DNA of 64,000 bases from Paragordius varius. Taxonomy: Eukaryota; Animalia; Nematomorpha. The notes beneath the pieces were generated by a model, which ran no database searches, was not told the origin of the DNA, and saw only the letters and a list, made by a program, of their open reading frames with translations. Positions 1 to 14,074 of this stretch are shown in pieces (the first letter of the stretch is position 1; every line of letters begins with the position of its first letter). The position numbers and the translations under genes were made by a program. The stretch lies in NCBI GenBank assembly GCA_964247055.1, contig OZ176050.1, forward strand, positions 7,688,001-7,752,000, given 5' to 3'.

Positions 1-1826
1 TTAAATTAAATTGTTTTTTGTTTACGAAAAATTTGTAGTTTATTTCATGTCCTTCCTTATCGGTTTTTAAGCAATATTAGATAATTGGAAGTGTAATTGT
101 TGTAATTTTTTGAAAATCATGTACTAAATGCACATTATTCTACATACACATTAAAACTAAATATATATTAAAAAAATTATATATGATGTACACAAAAATA
201 AAATTAATAAATAAATCTCGTTCGTATATATATTTCGAAATCATAATATATATATGTCAATGAAAAAAAAATGAATTTCTATGGAGCTTATACATTCTAA
301 CGTTAACGAAATATGTAGAGTGTAATTAGTCAATACGTGCTTAGAACTTCCTGTATTATAACACACTAAAAGCAATTCCGGATAAAAACATTATTGTATA
401 ATTTTTTATATTATATTTCAAATTTCGTTTTAGTAATGAGTGACAACAATGATATTTCAAATCTTTTTTAGATTTGAAATTTAATGTTTTATCAGAAATC
501 GAATACGTATAATTTTTTACCAAAATTTTGTTTACGCCTCTATGTTTAAATGGATCATATTGTATCATTTAATTAAAATATCATTATTTTTAAGAAAATT
601 ACTTATTTTGCATCGAAATTCCCATTGTATATATATATATATATATATATGTAAAATATTTTTATATTAAACAAAATTTACATAATCGGAAGCTTTTCTA
701 TAGTAACAAAACATTTTTTAACACAAAAAATTATGTAGCGAAGAAAAACAGATACTAAAACGCAAAATAACTCTGAAGGAAATATGTAATCAGTATTCAA
801 TATGTTGCAAATACATCAAAATATATATGTGTAACGGTAAGTGATTGTTATTCATTAGTTAACATTTGCAATAATTACATATTACATACAAGAATAAAAT
901 CGGAAGCGATAGAGCAATCCTACATTACGTAATGATAATTAGATTATATTTTACGGGAAAAGAAAAGGGGTTGATTTATTTAAAATAATTGACTATATAT
1001 ACATTTAATAAACATATATACTTAACATTAAAATTTAATCACTTTGATCTGTAATCACAATCAAAAAAGTGAATCTTGTCTTAAAAACCAATTTCTGTCA
1101 TAAAAATGGTATCCATAGAATAACTTTTGGGCCCCTAGATAAAAAACAAAAGACAATGGAGAAATTGGGTTAATTACAAAAAAACGAATATTTTATCTGC
1201 AGGTTAAAGAACTTGCATGCTTCAATGTATTGTTCGTTTATGGTTTCAGCTTGCGTCAGAATAGCACAGGCAATTTCAAACATGAATTTATTTTTTTAAA
1301 TATTTCACAGCGACTAACACCCTATTGTAGCCCAAAATTATATCATAATTTGTTTTTAGCATTTTTCACTACAAAAAGCAAGTGGTATTGCTTATATCTT
1401 AAGATAATATTTATTTCTTTACTTAAATTTTGCACTCGCATTCACGAGTGGCTTAAGGTTGCAAATAAATTTTATTGTATACCAATTTCGAACTCCTCCC
1501 AATTAATGTTAACTCTCTCCCTATTTAACAGTTACTACATTCATATTCAGTAGCGTATGGGTTACAATTAAAAATCCGTTGGCAATCCAATATAGATAAT
1601 GTTTAAGATAATTGAATATTGCTTGCATATGAATAAATTTCCACTATACGCTAAATACATAAGCTAATTCATAGGAAATTTAAAACCGACTTTGCTTTAG
1701 GTTGTATAGCCTCCGTTACATACATATATTCGCCAGATATTGATAATACCAATTTAAAGTAATTTAAAAGTTGTTCTATTCTCTTATCAAAAAATTAAAA
1801 ATTTATTTTTATGATAATTAATAAAG

Positions 1827-2086
1827 ATACCATTTACAGCTCAAATTCCCCCTTGAACAATTCAAATTTACCCTCGAACAATTCCAACACCCTAAAATAA
1901 AATTTGTTTTTTAAATTAAAAATTACCTATATTTTAAAAATGAAATTTTGTTTAAAATTAAAAAACTGAAAAAAATAAAAACCAAGCCATTAAGATATAT
2001 TTCATATGAATGATGAGATATATTAGCCCGAAAACACATAATTTATTTTTAGGGCGAATTTGAGTGGTGTAAATTGTAAATGGTAT
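1827..2086. mobile_element. MITE of the TACCATTTACA-TIR family (short copy)
   Basis: Left end TACCATTTACAGCTC (~1828) and right end TGTAAATGGTA (~2075-2085) are inverted repeats. Subterminal CCCTTGAACAATTCAA units are shared with the copies at 25440 and 39621. Confidence 0.75.
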
Positions 2087-5000
2087 AATTGATAAAATTT
2101 CAAATATTGATATGTTGTGAAAAACCGCCTATGGTTTTAGATGCCCAATTTTTCCCTAACTAATATTTACTTTTGTGTTTCTAAGACTAAATTTCCCAAT
2201 TTTACTGCAATTCTGGACTATAATTAGGGTCGATAAATAACCCTCTTTTTAACATCTTTTTTCTTTTTAAACGTCAGCTTTTGTGTTGGCTATGAAAGAA
2301 TTAATCCCTACAAATTTCATATGAGATTTTTTATGGATAAGTGAAATATTTTCTGTAAAAATGTGATGCTTAGTACCATTTACGCTTATGATAACGATTG
2401 AAATCCTTCATATTCTCCATATTTTTAAAATTATAAGGTTTTAAAATTTTTTGAAGCTACAAAATTGTGATTTGAAACTCTTCATTTTAATTTTTGAGCC
2501 CCTTTAACAAATAAAGACAGATCATTCAGCGGATAGCATAGCTACTCATTAGCTCTTAAAATATTTATTTTAGATATAACTTAACAACATAATTTTATCA
2601 AGTAGGAATACTTAACCAGCCATGAAATTTCTCCAGTTTTTTACAAAGAAGAATGGCAGATAGATTCGTAGATATTATATTTTCATTTTTACTATATAAT
2701 TAATGGGTATGTTCATTATACTGTGAGATGTGAAAGAACCCATAAAAAATTAATCAACTAAAATATGCTTTTTTTATTTTTCACAGGTTATTTATGTATG
2801 AATAAAGAGTGTGAAAGGTTGCACATTTAATTTTTAATTCTACAATGCCTGCGCAATGAAATTTCACACTTTTAATTAACATATATATATGTTTGATTGC
2901 TGATGCTTCTTTTAAAATAAGAAATGATACAGTGTGCATTAAACTAAATATAGAAAAATTTTGTCAAAATGACAAAAAATTGAAAATATAAACAAAAAAT
3001 ATTTCAATTTTCCTGAAAATAATAATTTTTTTAAAACAAGAAATGTAAATTTAGCAAACTTCCATTATTAAGAAACTTCGACATTAAATTTGTGAGAAGA
3101 CAGCTTGTCACAGGCCTTTTGCGTTTTTAAAATGGCTTTTTAAGATTATTCATATGTAAAAACTATATAATCATAAAAGAAATGTACATTATGAAAGATG
3201 CAAACAAAAACGAAATATTTAATTTTTAATTATGCATATATGTATATTATGAATGAATAAATACTTTTAATTAAGAAAATGCCTTAGAAGTTAATGAACA
3301 TCGTGACTCGTGATTTTGCATAAATTAAAAAGGACAATCTTTACAATGGATGGATTTTATTGTTTCCATAATGAGTAGTTTTAATATTTTTTGATGTTTC
3401 ATTGGTTAATTAACATCATATTTCATAGGCATAAAACAGGGTAGTCATTAGTCCATAATTTCCTAAAGTATAAAAAATGTAAATTGTGAGCAAGTATGTA
3501 TTGCAAATTTTAACACATACTGCTAGAGAAAATAAACAGCAAAGAGCATTTTTATTGCCACATAACAGCGTATGAAATAACTTTAGCCAATAATATTTCT
3601 TTTTGCTGTATTATCTGGATGTAAACTAGCAATATCATAAGTCAACCCATAAATCCTGGAACTAATAAATTGAGATGATTTCGTAAGGCACAAACCGAAC
3701 ATGTGCAGATGTGAAATTTTAATCACATCTCCTGATTTTAAATACAAATAGAGGGGAATAAAATAAACCCAATGACCATTTTTCAATAAAAAGTAGTTGG
3801 AAAAAAGTTGAATATTAAGTCATTAGGAAATCCCGTCACTGCATTTTTTATTACAAAATTATTTAGTAAGCTTAATTGAACTTTGCCCTTTAAACTTGCA
3901 TTATAAATGAAAAAAATATCCTATTGCAGTAATTCCCACCCTTTTTTGTACACGCCCTACCAAAAAAAATTCTGGTCTAACGGCTTTAAATGGATTCATG
4001 GCCATAAACAGTCATCATTACTCCGAACGTAAAATATTTGTCGCCACCAATTAACATAATACAGAAGCGTTTATGGTGATTTTTATAGTAAAATTTATTT
4101 TTTTTACACATTTTACCCATAAATATTAAATACCTATTTTTGATGGTTGTTTTTAAAGTGATCCAAGTGGCGGTAATTGATGCCTTAACAACTGTCAGAC
4201 CCAACCTTAAAAACTCTTTTACGTACCGTTCATGGAAAAATTTGTTTATTTTTTTTCATAATAAAAATATTAATTTTCAAGTATAGGAATAAAATCATTT
4301 AAATCCCGAATTGTTTACCATAATTACCTAAAGTTATTAAATCCGATATATAGTGCCATTTAAAAAGGTTTGTTTTAAATCCATATTTGCCACAGGATTA
4401 AATTTGTATTTTACTGCGTGTGTGGAGGCATTCAAATACCCTTAAATTTTTTAGTTTTATGGTGTTTAGTTAGAGATCAGCTAACAAATCCTAATATAAT
4501 TTTAGAAATTGAAAAAAACCTGTCGTTTTTTCAGATCACAAACAACAGTTATAAATTAAATTAACTATATGCGGCAACCAATAAAAAGATTAAAGCGAAT
4601 ATTATAGATCTTGGTTCAATAATATTTATTTTAAAAATATAACTTGTAACTTAACAAGAACAATAATCTTAATTAATGCCATTAATATTTAATAAATTAT
4701 TGCGAATGTTCAAAACACATAGTCCATGAAATTTATTATGATAGCGCAATGAAAATTGCAAAACAATCATTTTTTAGCTCACCTAATAAATATATATTGG
4801 CTTAGGGAAAGCTTTCTAATTTAATTAAATATCCATTTTATTATTGTTAAATATCACTGCTGAAAAAATAAAAATTAAATATTACTTTTTATATGTTTTT
4901 ACCAATACACCATCTTAAAACATTTATAAATATGGTAGCTTTTATTTGGTCGTATGTAGATACTATGAAATAAATATTTTACTAAAAAGAGACTTAAATA

Positions 5001-7080
5001 ACATAAAAAAACTAAAGACATTCATTTCAAAAGCACCGCAATCCACAAAAACTTTATAAATAAAAAACTCAAAGGGGCTAAAATCTATCTTATTATTTTA
5101 TCGGATTAATTATTTTTAACCGATAAAGGATTAACTCCAAAACTCAGAAGACCTCATAAGGGCCCGCGTAGTGTATTACCTTGAATCTGACCGGTTATGT
5201 GGGTTAGTGAAGAGTTGCAAGCAAGCTAAAAACAAACCCCTTTCCCTGGCATACCCTTTTCATCCTTATTCCATAATTTTATCTATGAATAAATGCTTAG
5301 ATCAATTAAGCATCCTTAGTAGCTTAAACTAAAGCCTTCAATTGTTTCCTTAAAAAGTTAATTATAATTTATATGCTGATGAAAAACAATTAAAACCGGT
5401 TTTATCGACTATCTTCATTTTTTTAGAATTAATTTATACAATTTTAGATTGTGCTAAGGACGACTGATTGTGACCATGAATAACTGCATTTTCAGACGGG
5501 GAAGCTGATTATTATTTTTTCACCTATAAAAAACATAGCCCAAAAGTTTTAGAGCTTTTTAGATATTGCGCCATACAAAATAAAAAGATGCTAGAATTTG
5601 TACATCATGCCATGACAAATACAAATTTGAATTTAAACTGTGTAGCCATGAACCATCACATACGATTGGAATATAAATTCCTAAAAAATTAATTTTTAAT
5701 TTTATTAAATACTTACTTTTCAACAGAAAAGCCTAAAACATTAAGTGGAAAATGATTTTTCTTAAGAATGAGTAAATATGGGCTCTTTTTTATAGTCATT
5801 AGTAATTTAGGTGACTATAATACCAAATTTGATCAATATCGATTATGTTTAGTTCCTATCAATATCTTTATAAAACAGTTAATTATAATATATTTTATTT
5901 TTATTATATAAACAAATTTTAACCATTTTTTAATTTCAAAATTTTTAATGATCATGTAGTTTGTTATTTTTGCGTGCTTTTCTTCCTTTATTACTTTGTG
6001 AATCTAAAAGGAATATTATTATTAGAAACAGGATGTTGTTTGTAATAAATTTTGACATATTTACGACTTGTTATACAGTATATTAAAATTTAAACTCCAC
6101 CAGTCTAAAAATCGTGTTTTATTGGTTGTTTTGATTTTTTTATACGTTTTTCTTTTAACTTAATAAAGGCTTTTATATTAATTAATTATTTAATTAATTT
6201 CCTATAAAACCAACTATTTTAACACACCAAATTTAATATATTGGCTAGAATTGTGGAGATTTTTTTAATTTTCACATTATTAAGATTGTGTACAGACAAT
6301 TACTGGTTGGTAATCCCCTACTATACCCTTAAAATATCTATTGGACTGGGCAATCTATTTTTACCTGTTATTTTTTAAAGAACGGTAATTTTTGTTATCA
6401 AATTTTGGGCTTTGCCATATAGATTTTTAGATATGAACACTTCATTTTAGGTGTTATTTTTACACATTAGTATTGGGGTGAAAATAATGTATGAGCGGAT
6501 GGAAATTATAACTCAACACAAGATGATGAGATCATATTTACTAGGAAAGAAAAAAAAATATATTATTATAGTTCATGATTTCTTTTTTCCCAGAGATTGG
6601 AACCGGATCTTGAAGAAACCGCGGTTATAAAAAAATGTTGCTTATATTTTTATTCTTTTTTCAATTTTTTAATATGTATAGGGTAATTCTTATTAATTTA
6701 TTTTTCTGCTGTGAGTCATGTTTTACGATTTTTCACCGCGTTTGTAGAGATGGAACCGCGGTCCCAAAAAATATTTTTTATATATACTCTTTTAAAAAAA
6801 AATATCAAAAGGTAATTCTTATTCATTTATTTTTCTCTGTTTTACATGTTTCACGAGATATTAGATAAACTACAGCATTATACAACCAAATATTGCTTAT
6901 ATTTTTGTAGCATTTTATCCATATATATACCAAAATAATAGGCTATCACCAAATTCATAAAAGGGAACAAGAGCAAATAATTATGGCAAAAATCTTTTTG
7001 GGACCACAACCAAAAAAGGTGCTTCTGATTTTGATTTTTTGCGGTTAGGAAACCTATACTTCAAGCATAAACTTAACACT

Positions 7081-7350
7081 CGAGGCGTAGCTAGAGGAGG
7101 AGAAAGGGGGCTGACGCACCAGGTGCCATAGTTAGAGGGGCGCCGGATTAAAATTTTTAATTTTATTTCAAAAAAACAGCTATTTAAAAGTTATTACTTT
7201 AAATAATACATAAAAAATCACTCATTTATGAGTTGTCATGACCACGGTTTGAAATTGATTAATTTTTGAAATGCAAGGAGTCGCATGGAGGGGAGGGGGC
7301 GTCATTCCGGATTCATGCACCGGGGGCCAAAAATGCAAGCTACGCCTCTG
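7081..7350. mobile_element. GC-rich non-autonomous DNA element (MITE)
   Basis: Terminal inverted repeats (C)GAGGCGTAGCT ... AGCTACGCCTCTG. AACACTC(G) occurs at both junctions and may be a TSD. Interior is GC-rich against an AT-rich background. Confidence 0.6.
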
Positions 7351-9559
7351 AACACTCGGGCTAAAAAATAAAAAATTTCGAGTTTTGGGTTCAAAACTCT
7401 AAAACTTAATCATGAGCACAAGTTCGATGACTTTAGCCTTCTGCCACTTTTTTTAGCTTTAAGCACATCTATTTGGAGGGACAAGGGGGAAAGCTTAACA
7501 ACCATTTTACGTATCCTCCTAAACACTTAGTTTAATGTAATTTATAATTCATAATTTTGTTATTTGCATAATTTTATTTCAATTTTGGCACGGTATACAT
7601 ATGTTGTCATCATCTAAATTACATAAAAATAATGTTAATGGATCAAAAGAATTTTAAGCGTTGCGTGAAAATATCAAAGCGCGTCCCGTTCTTATTTTGT
7701 GTCATTAAATGTTGCTTGTAAAACATGATTGTATTGTTATTGTCAATTCACAATACATAAAAATTAAGACATTACCATTTTTATGTTTATTGTCAAGCTT
7801 TCATTCATGAGCAAAAATGATTTTAGATTAATGATCATATAAAATACATATATATATCAATATGTTTTATATTTTTGTCATAAGACATATCTAAAATAGA
7901 GTTTTGATAAAACAATAGGAGTGTTTTACCATAGCCAAAGTTCTATGAATTTCATATATATAATAACTTATTAAAAGCGTGACAAAACATTGTATCATTT
8001 TATGTTTCCAACAATTTTTGTTTGGTAAAAATTTATGACAGGAAAGGACATTAATAACAATAATAAAACAATATCTTTAAAATGTATGATCACCCCGATC
8101 ACCGAAAATCCTTGTACAACAAAACACATTCCTTTTAACCTGCTTCCGTAATTTTAGCATACAATGCACCTTACATGTTTATTTGCAAAACTCAATAATA
8201 TTTTTTAGAGTACCAAATGTTGGCTATATTTGCAAACTATATTTTTAAGCTATTCCAATTCATTATCATTTAATTTCAAAGAAAAAACTAGATTAATATA
8301 ATTATTGGTATATTTTCCCATTCTTTTAAGGGGTAAAAGGGCATACAAAATTTCAAAAATATAAATGGTGATCAAATGCCATTAAACAATATACAAGATG
8401 TTCCATAATTAAAAAATAAATCAAACGGCCATCAAAATGTTTGTACAAAATGTAGTAAAAATATACACCTTGATGTGTGAATTTTTATATTAACCAACGT
8501 TTTCGCTTACATACGGGAAGTTGCTATTTTATGCTCGATTTTAAGAGACAAATTATAATTTCTATCGCGATTTTAAAATAAGTAGTTTGAAGACCTAGAT
8601 TATTGAACGGACCCAAATGAATATCGTTTGTAAACAATAAGTATTCGATTTAAATTGAATAATGATTTAATTATATATTAAGAAAATGCATACCAAGTAC
8701 TATACCACATAATTAATTGTTATGGGTGTTTCAAAGAAAACATAAAAATATATGCGAACAAATATTAATTGAAGTTATATTCCAATTTCAATTTAAAATA
8801 AAATAAACAAAATGCTAAAGTAATAATATAATGAATTTTTTACATTTAATTTGATTTCATTGCGTTATTTATGTGTATGAAGTTTCAATTTGCACATTGT
8901 GTAAGGTACCACTTGCTAATATATCTAACGGGTAAAGGCCCGCTAAATGCATTTAAGATTATGCCCCTGTTAATCAACTCTTCATACATCTTTTAAGGTA
9001 TTTTCTACACTTGAGGGATTATAATAAAAATAACTCAAAAATATTTATTAGGCCAAATTTAATAATATGCATTCTATGGTTTTTCACAATTGTGCAAAAA
9101 AACCTCTTAAACTGTATTAAATTTTACATTTTACCACTAAAATATTTTCAAAATTTTTATTAAAACATGGCAAATAAACCTTTATTATGACTGAAAAATA
9201 AAATAAATTAAAACGCTTTCAATTTTTTTAACAGCACAATTTCGAGATTGATTCGAAAATTAGATGTTTTGTTGAAAATTTAAACTCAAGAGCTCAAAAC
9301 CCTAAAATTATTTTTTAAAGAAGATGGACGCCCTATCGAACCCAATTAGCGGAGAAAAGATGGCTATCCGCATAATGATTTTGAGATAAATTATAAATTA
9401 ATATTCAGTTTATTTCGATTTTTATGATAAAAAATTGACGGTTGGATTTTCCCGGTAGTGTAAGGTCATTTAAATTTCAAAATGGGCAATTTTAGATGAT
9501 TAAATCGCTTAAAACTACCCTTTTAAATTATCCCTTCGGCAGGCGTTACCCGTTTGAAA

Positions 9560-10180
9560 ATGGGAGCTTTTGAAAATGAATTCCCTAAAAATAGTGTTTT
9601 TGAAAACAAATTTAGTGTGCAGGCCTAAATTCAATAATATTTTTTTAGTTTTAACGAATGCGCCAAACATAGTCGGCCAAGAACTAGCTCTTGTTTTTAT
9701 CCGCTCACCCCGTAAAATATTTTTTTGAATTTTATCCCCCTCAACAAAATTTTTTGAATAAATTTTCCGTCAAAGTTATGAGATCATTTAAAATCAATAA
9801 TGGTTTAAGCTAGAATCATTTTAGTTGAGCGCTTTTTAATAAGCCGCTGGATGGCTTGACACTCTAAAAATGAACCACCTTCAAAAACAACGTGGCTTTG
9901 AAGCAATTTGACCTATGAGACCATATATTTAAAATTGTCCTTGGGCAGTGCCTCACCGCATATAATTGCGATGGTCGATTTATTTAAACCCCGTGTTTTT
10001 AGCATTTTCCGAAAAAAAAGTCGTAAAAATTATTAAAGATATTTTTTTGGAAAAAGGAGATCATTAAAATTAATAATGGTTATAAGCATTTTTTGAAGGT
10101 AAACACTAAGCGCCTTTTTTAAATGCTCCAACTGTAAGTTCCTATTAAAGCTGAAATAACTCTCCAATAAAACTTTAAAA
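9560..10180 (+). mobile_element. Degenerate internal fragment of the Helitron-associated repeat family
   Basis: Shares motifs with 32280-32720 and the reverse complement of 60300-60850: CGCCAAACATAGTCG, TTATCCGCTCACCCCGTAAAAT, AAAGTTATGAGA, TTAGTTGAGCG. No termini recognised; boundaries approximate. Confidence 0.55.
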
Positions 10181-10629
10181 TATTTTTCCTGAAAACATAT
10201 AACCTCATTCATATTCAATTATGGCCATTCACGTTCCCTAATGCACATCACAGTCAGGTTAAGCTATTATTTCAAGAAACCGATTCCTGTGCTGAGTATA
10301 AACAGGATACATTTGGTAATGTATATAATACCTATAAATATAAATTTATTTATTTAATCCAGATTTAAACTGTATGTTTTAATAGTATGAGGTTATCATG
10401 AGTGAGGTAATGATTGCTCATACAAATCTGGTGTTTCACTTATTAGCGCTATATTTTTAACCAGTAGCGTAGGGACTGTTACATAGACTAAAGGCAATAA
10501 TTGGTCAAAATATAGGTTAATAATACTACCGATGCTAATTCGCCAATTATATTGCTTAAAGCGATTTGCTTATTGAATCCGAATTCAATAATTTTGGAGT
10601 TTATATAATAATAATAATACATTTATATG

Positions 10630-10800
10630 GAAATGTTATATATTTATGTCAGGCAAAGTTGAAGGCTCAAGAAAACGTGGTAGATGTAAAATGCGTTGGA
10701 TCGATAATTTAAAAGAAACCAAACTAATAATGCAACAGTTGATATCCATCACACCTAATCGTACAATCTGGCGTCCACTTACGAAAACAAATCGACCCCC
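10630..10800 (+). mobile_element. 3' remnant of an RTE-clade non-LTR retrotransposon
   Basis: ORF 10646 begins MSGKVEGSRKRGRCKMRWIDNLKE...NRTIWR, matching the typical RTE ORF C-terminus (GKxEGxRxRGRPxxRWxDxI...DRxxWR). Confidence 0.7.
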
Positions 10801-11754
10801 ATCTCAGTTACAACAACAACAGTTTTATACTTTAGGTATATCACATGATGATTTATTTTTTTGTTCAAGTAGTTTTATAAACGGTCATCAAGACATTCAT
10901 GATCGGTCTGACTCAAGCCAAAAATACCAATAAATTAGACATTTATCGTTTAAAGTTCTACTAACTTTCGAAATCATAAAATATAAATGTAGTACGCGGA
11001 TATTGCGAATCTCGGAAAATACAGTACATATGCATCACACGTATGTATTTATTGTTTTATTTTCAGTAAATGTTTTGTCCTGTTAAAATTATTGCATTTC
11101 GATTTTTTGGGTAAACCAAAATTTTTCAGCCACCAATGTTTTCAATTTATTTAAAATTTTTTATAAAAACAAATAGCAGTTTTGTGATAAATACAAAGTT
11201 TCAACAGAATATCGATACGTAGTCGGCAAAAATAAAGCCAGATCAAAATGTGTTATTTGATTTTCAGAGAGGGGATGCCATCAAGGCAAAACCATGAAGC
11301 ACAGTTGATTTTGCATTGTTTTTTAATTTATGGTCTTTTTTTATCTTTTTGCGACAAGCCAGCGCGCGTTTCTAAATAATGTCGCCACTGGGTGCTTAAT
11401 TATTGTGCTAGGCACCGGTTCGTTACTGTGTAATATAAATGATTGTAACCAGCTGTGAATTTTTTACAGTAGTAGCATATCAATATTCCTCAAAAAAGAT
11501 TTAGATCATATAGTGGAGTTGATTATATATATTTACCCTTTATAAAAAGAAAATGTTCTGTGTACCTTTCTTTAAAGTGGAAAAATAGCATATAGTAATA
11601 CATCTTCAGATATATAATTGTTGATCAAACTTCAAGTGTTGTACAACCACAATAATTGAAAAACTTATATTATGCGTGTAAATAATATATCTTTTTACAA
11701 ATTTTATCATCAAATTTTATATCATAAAATATTTTTATCCTAGAATCATATATA

Positions 11755-14010
11755 ATGCATACTTTTATCCGTACCTTAAATTCCGTTGTTCATCCTATAA
11801 TTATAATTTATGCTATCACAACGCTATATTTCCACCAAACGCTACTAAAAGCTGTAAATGGACAAGATTTTGGGGGACCATTTGGTCCACCCCCTTTCCC
11901 CGATCCAAATGAAGGAGGTTTTTTTGGTGGAGGCTTTCAGCCCCCTGGACAGCAGCCTTTTAACCCCGGATTCTTACCACCCGCGGAAAATCAATTTGGT
12001 GTGACACCGGCCCTTCCGTTCGGAAATATTGGTGGTGGCTTTTTTAATACCAGATTTCCGCCACCCGGTGGATTCATGGGTGGAACTAATAACAACAACA
12101 ATAACCCAAATGTGGTTGGTATAAATAGCAATCTCAATAACCAAGGATTTGGTGGGGGACCAAGACCTGTTTCTATCTTTACGACAACGCTACGTCCTGC
12201 AATCGTTACGCCTATAAGACAAACGCTGGTGCAACAACCATTGAAACGGACAACTGTTTCCACGGTAACATTGACACAGGTTCTATCGCCTGCCCCTGGC
12301 TTTCCTACTTCACCGGACGGTCAAAAACCTCCAAAAAACCAGCTCATCCCCAAAGAAATTTTAGGTTTCTTACATATTTATATTTAGTTATTTTATTTAG
12401 CATCTTATGAATCATAGTTAATGGTTAGATATATGCATATGGTTCATTAATTTATAAATCTAGTTAAGATTCAATTACGACCACAATTCGAATAAAATTG
12501 CATTTTTCCAAAATTATAAAAATCACAAATGGGATAAAATATTTATTATAAAAAATTTTTGATATCATTATTATTTATTTATTATGAAAAATATATTTAT
12601 ATTCTCCGTTTTAAGGGTTTTTTTATCACACATCAGATTATTTTATCACCCTATTAAACTCTAAATGTATTTATTAGTCAAGAAACTACTTATTATATAT
12701 ATTTTTGTTACAGAGTTGAAGGATTATCTTACAAACAACATATCAGCTCAGTTTCAATCCATATTAGAAGCTATCAACAGAATTGAAAGTTAGTGCATTA
12801 ATAAATATTTATATTAGATTTATTTGATTAAACTGTTTAAAACTGTATCCATCTATCAAAAAGGTTTTAATAACCTTTCACTCTCATCACAATTTTTTGA
12901 TTTCCTACACTCTTTTTGATAAATTACTTGTTTACTAAATTGAATTCACCAAAAGTGGTCTATTTTAAATTAGCTTCAAATAAAATGTAAGTAGTATCAA
13001 AAAATGTTATATAAAAGATTTTTTTAAAAATCTTAGAGATTTGCATATAATGTTCTTGGTCAACAATTTACACTTCACCGGTTAAAATCAGTTTTTATTT
13101 GCCTATTAAAGCAAGCATTTAAGTTATGTCTTATTTTGTACTAATAATAATTTTGTTTACCAAAAATCTATTTTATCGCAGAAGTCATTAATGCCACGGA
13201 AGTCCAACCCGATTTAACAGAAAACCAATCAGCGGGTGAAAATAAAAAGGATGAATCGAACAACGCGACAACAACTCTTGTGGACACTGAAGTAAAACTA
13301 TCATCTATAACATAGGGATGCTTATTATAAGAAAATGTGTTGACAATATATATTTTAATACAAAAATTCTTTACAAATAAAATAAATATCTATTTTTCAG
13401 TAATATATATACAAAGTTGTCAATTATAAACACCGAATAGATCACCGATTCTAGAGTGATGCGTAATTTAAATCAGGGGTGTTCACGCGGCCCGCAAAAA
13501 TCTAAGAGTGCTATAATTGGCAAAAATATGCTCAAAAAATGTTAATAACATTTATATTCCCAAAAGATTTCTCTAAATAAATTAAAATAAGAACTGGAAA
13601 AAATTATTATATAGTCTTTGCATTTTACAATTTATTTTTGAAATATAATATGTTAATGTTCATATATCAAATGAAGCTTGCCGGATTTTTTGATTCTAAA
13701 ATACTGCCCGCTGAGCCATTTGTCCAACAGCATCTATTTCGAATTCTTCGTTAGATTGTCTGTATTTTTTTATAAAAAATTAGCCATTTTCATATTTGAA
13801 AATAGATGATTCGCGCTTTTGCACTATATTACTAGAAATAAAAAATATTTGAATACGAAATTGCCTCTTTAATATAAAAAGAGTAGGGCTTTAAATGTTA
13901 GCATTATAATCAACTCTCTTTTAATAGGTTAATATGGACTAATGTAGGAATTTTCAAAAATACCCTTATTTAATTAGGGTGGATCTAATTAACACCTCTA
14001 TTTGTCAATA

Positions 14011-14074
<64 letters not shown>

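Noticed and set aside
300-1650. Several short AG...GT-bounded open segments on + (e.g. 739-791 EEKQILKRKITLKEICN, ~892-927, ~1139-1168, 1203-1241) that may be exons of a gene entering from the left
   Set aside because: I could not build a single phase-consistent chain or recognise any family, so it is not reported as a feature. RNA-seq would settle it.
8330-8480. VCTKCSKNIH fragment reminiscent of a piggyBac C-terminal Cys-rich domain
   Set aside because: Too short, and no other piggyBac motifs or TTAA-flanked TIRs were found.
11991-12263. 90-aa minus-strand ORF
   Set aside because: Antisense shadow of the GC-rich first exon of the LamG gene.
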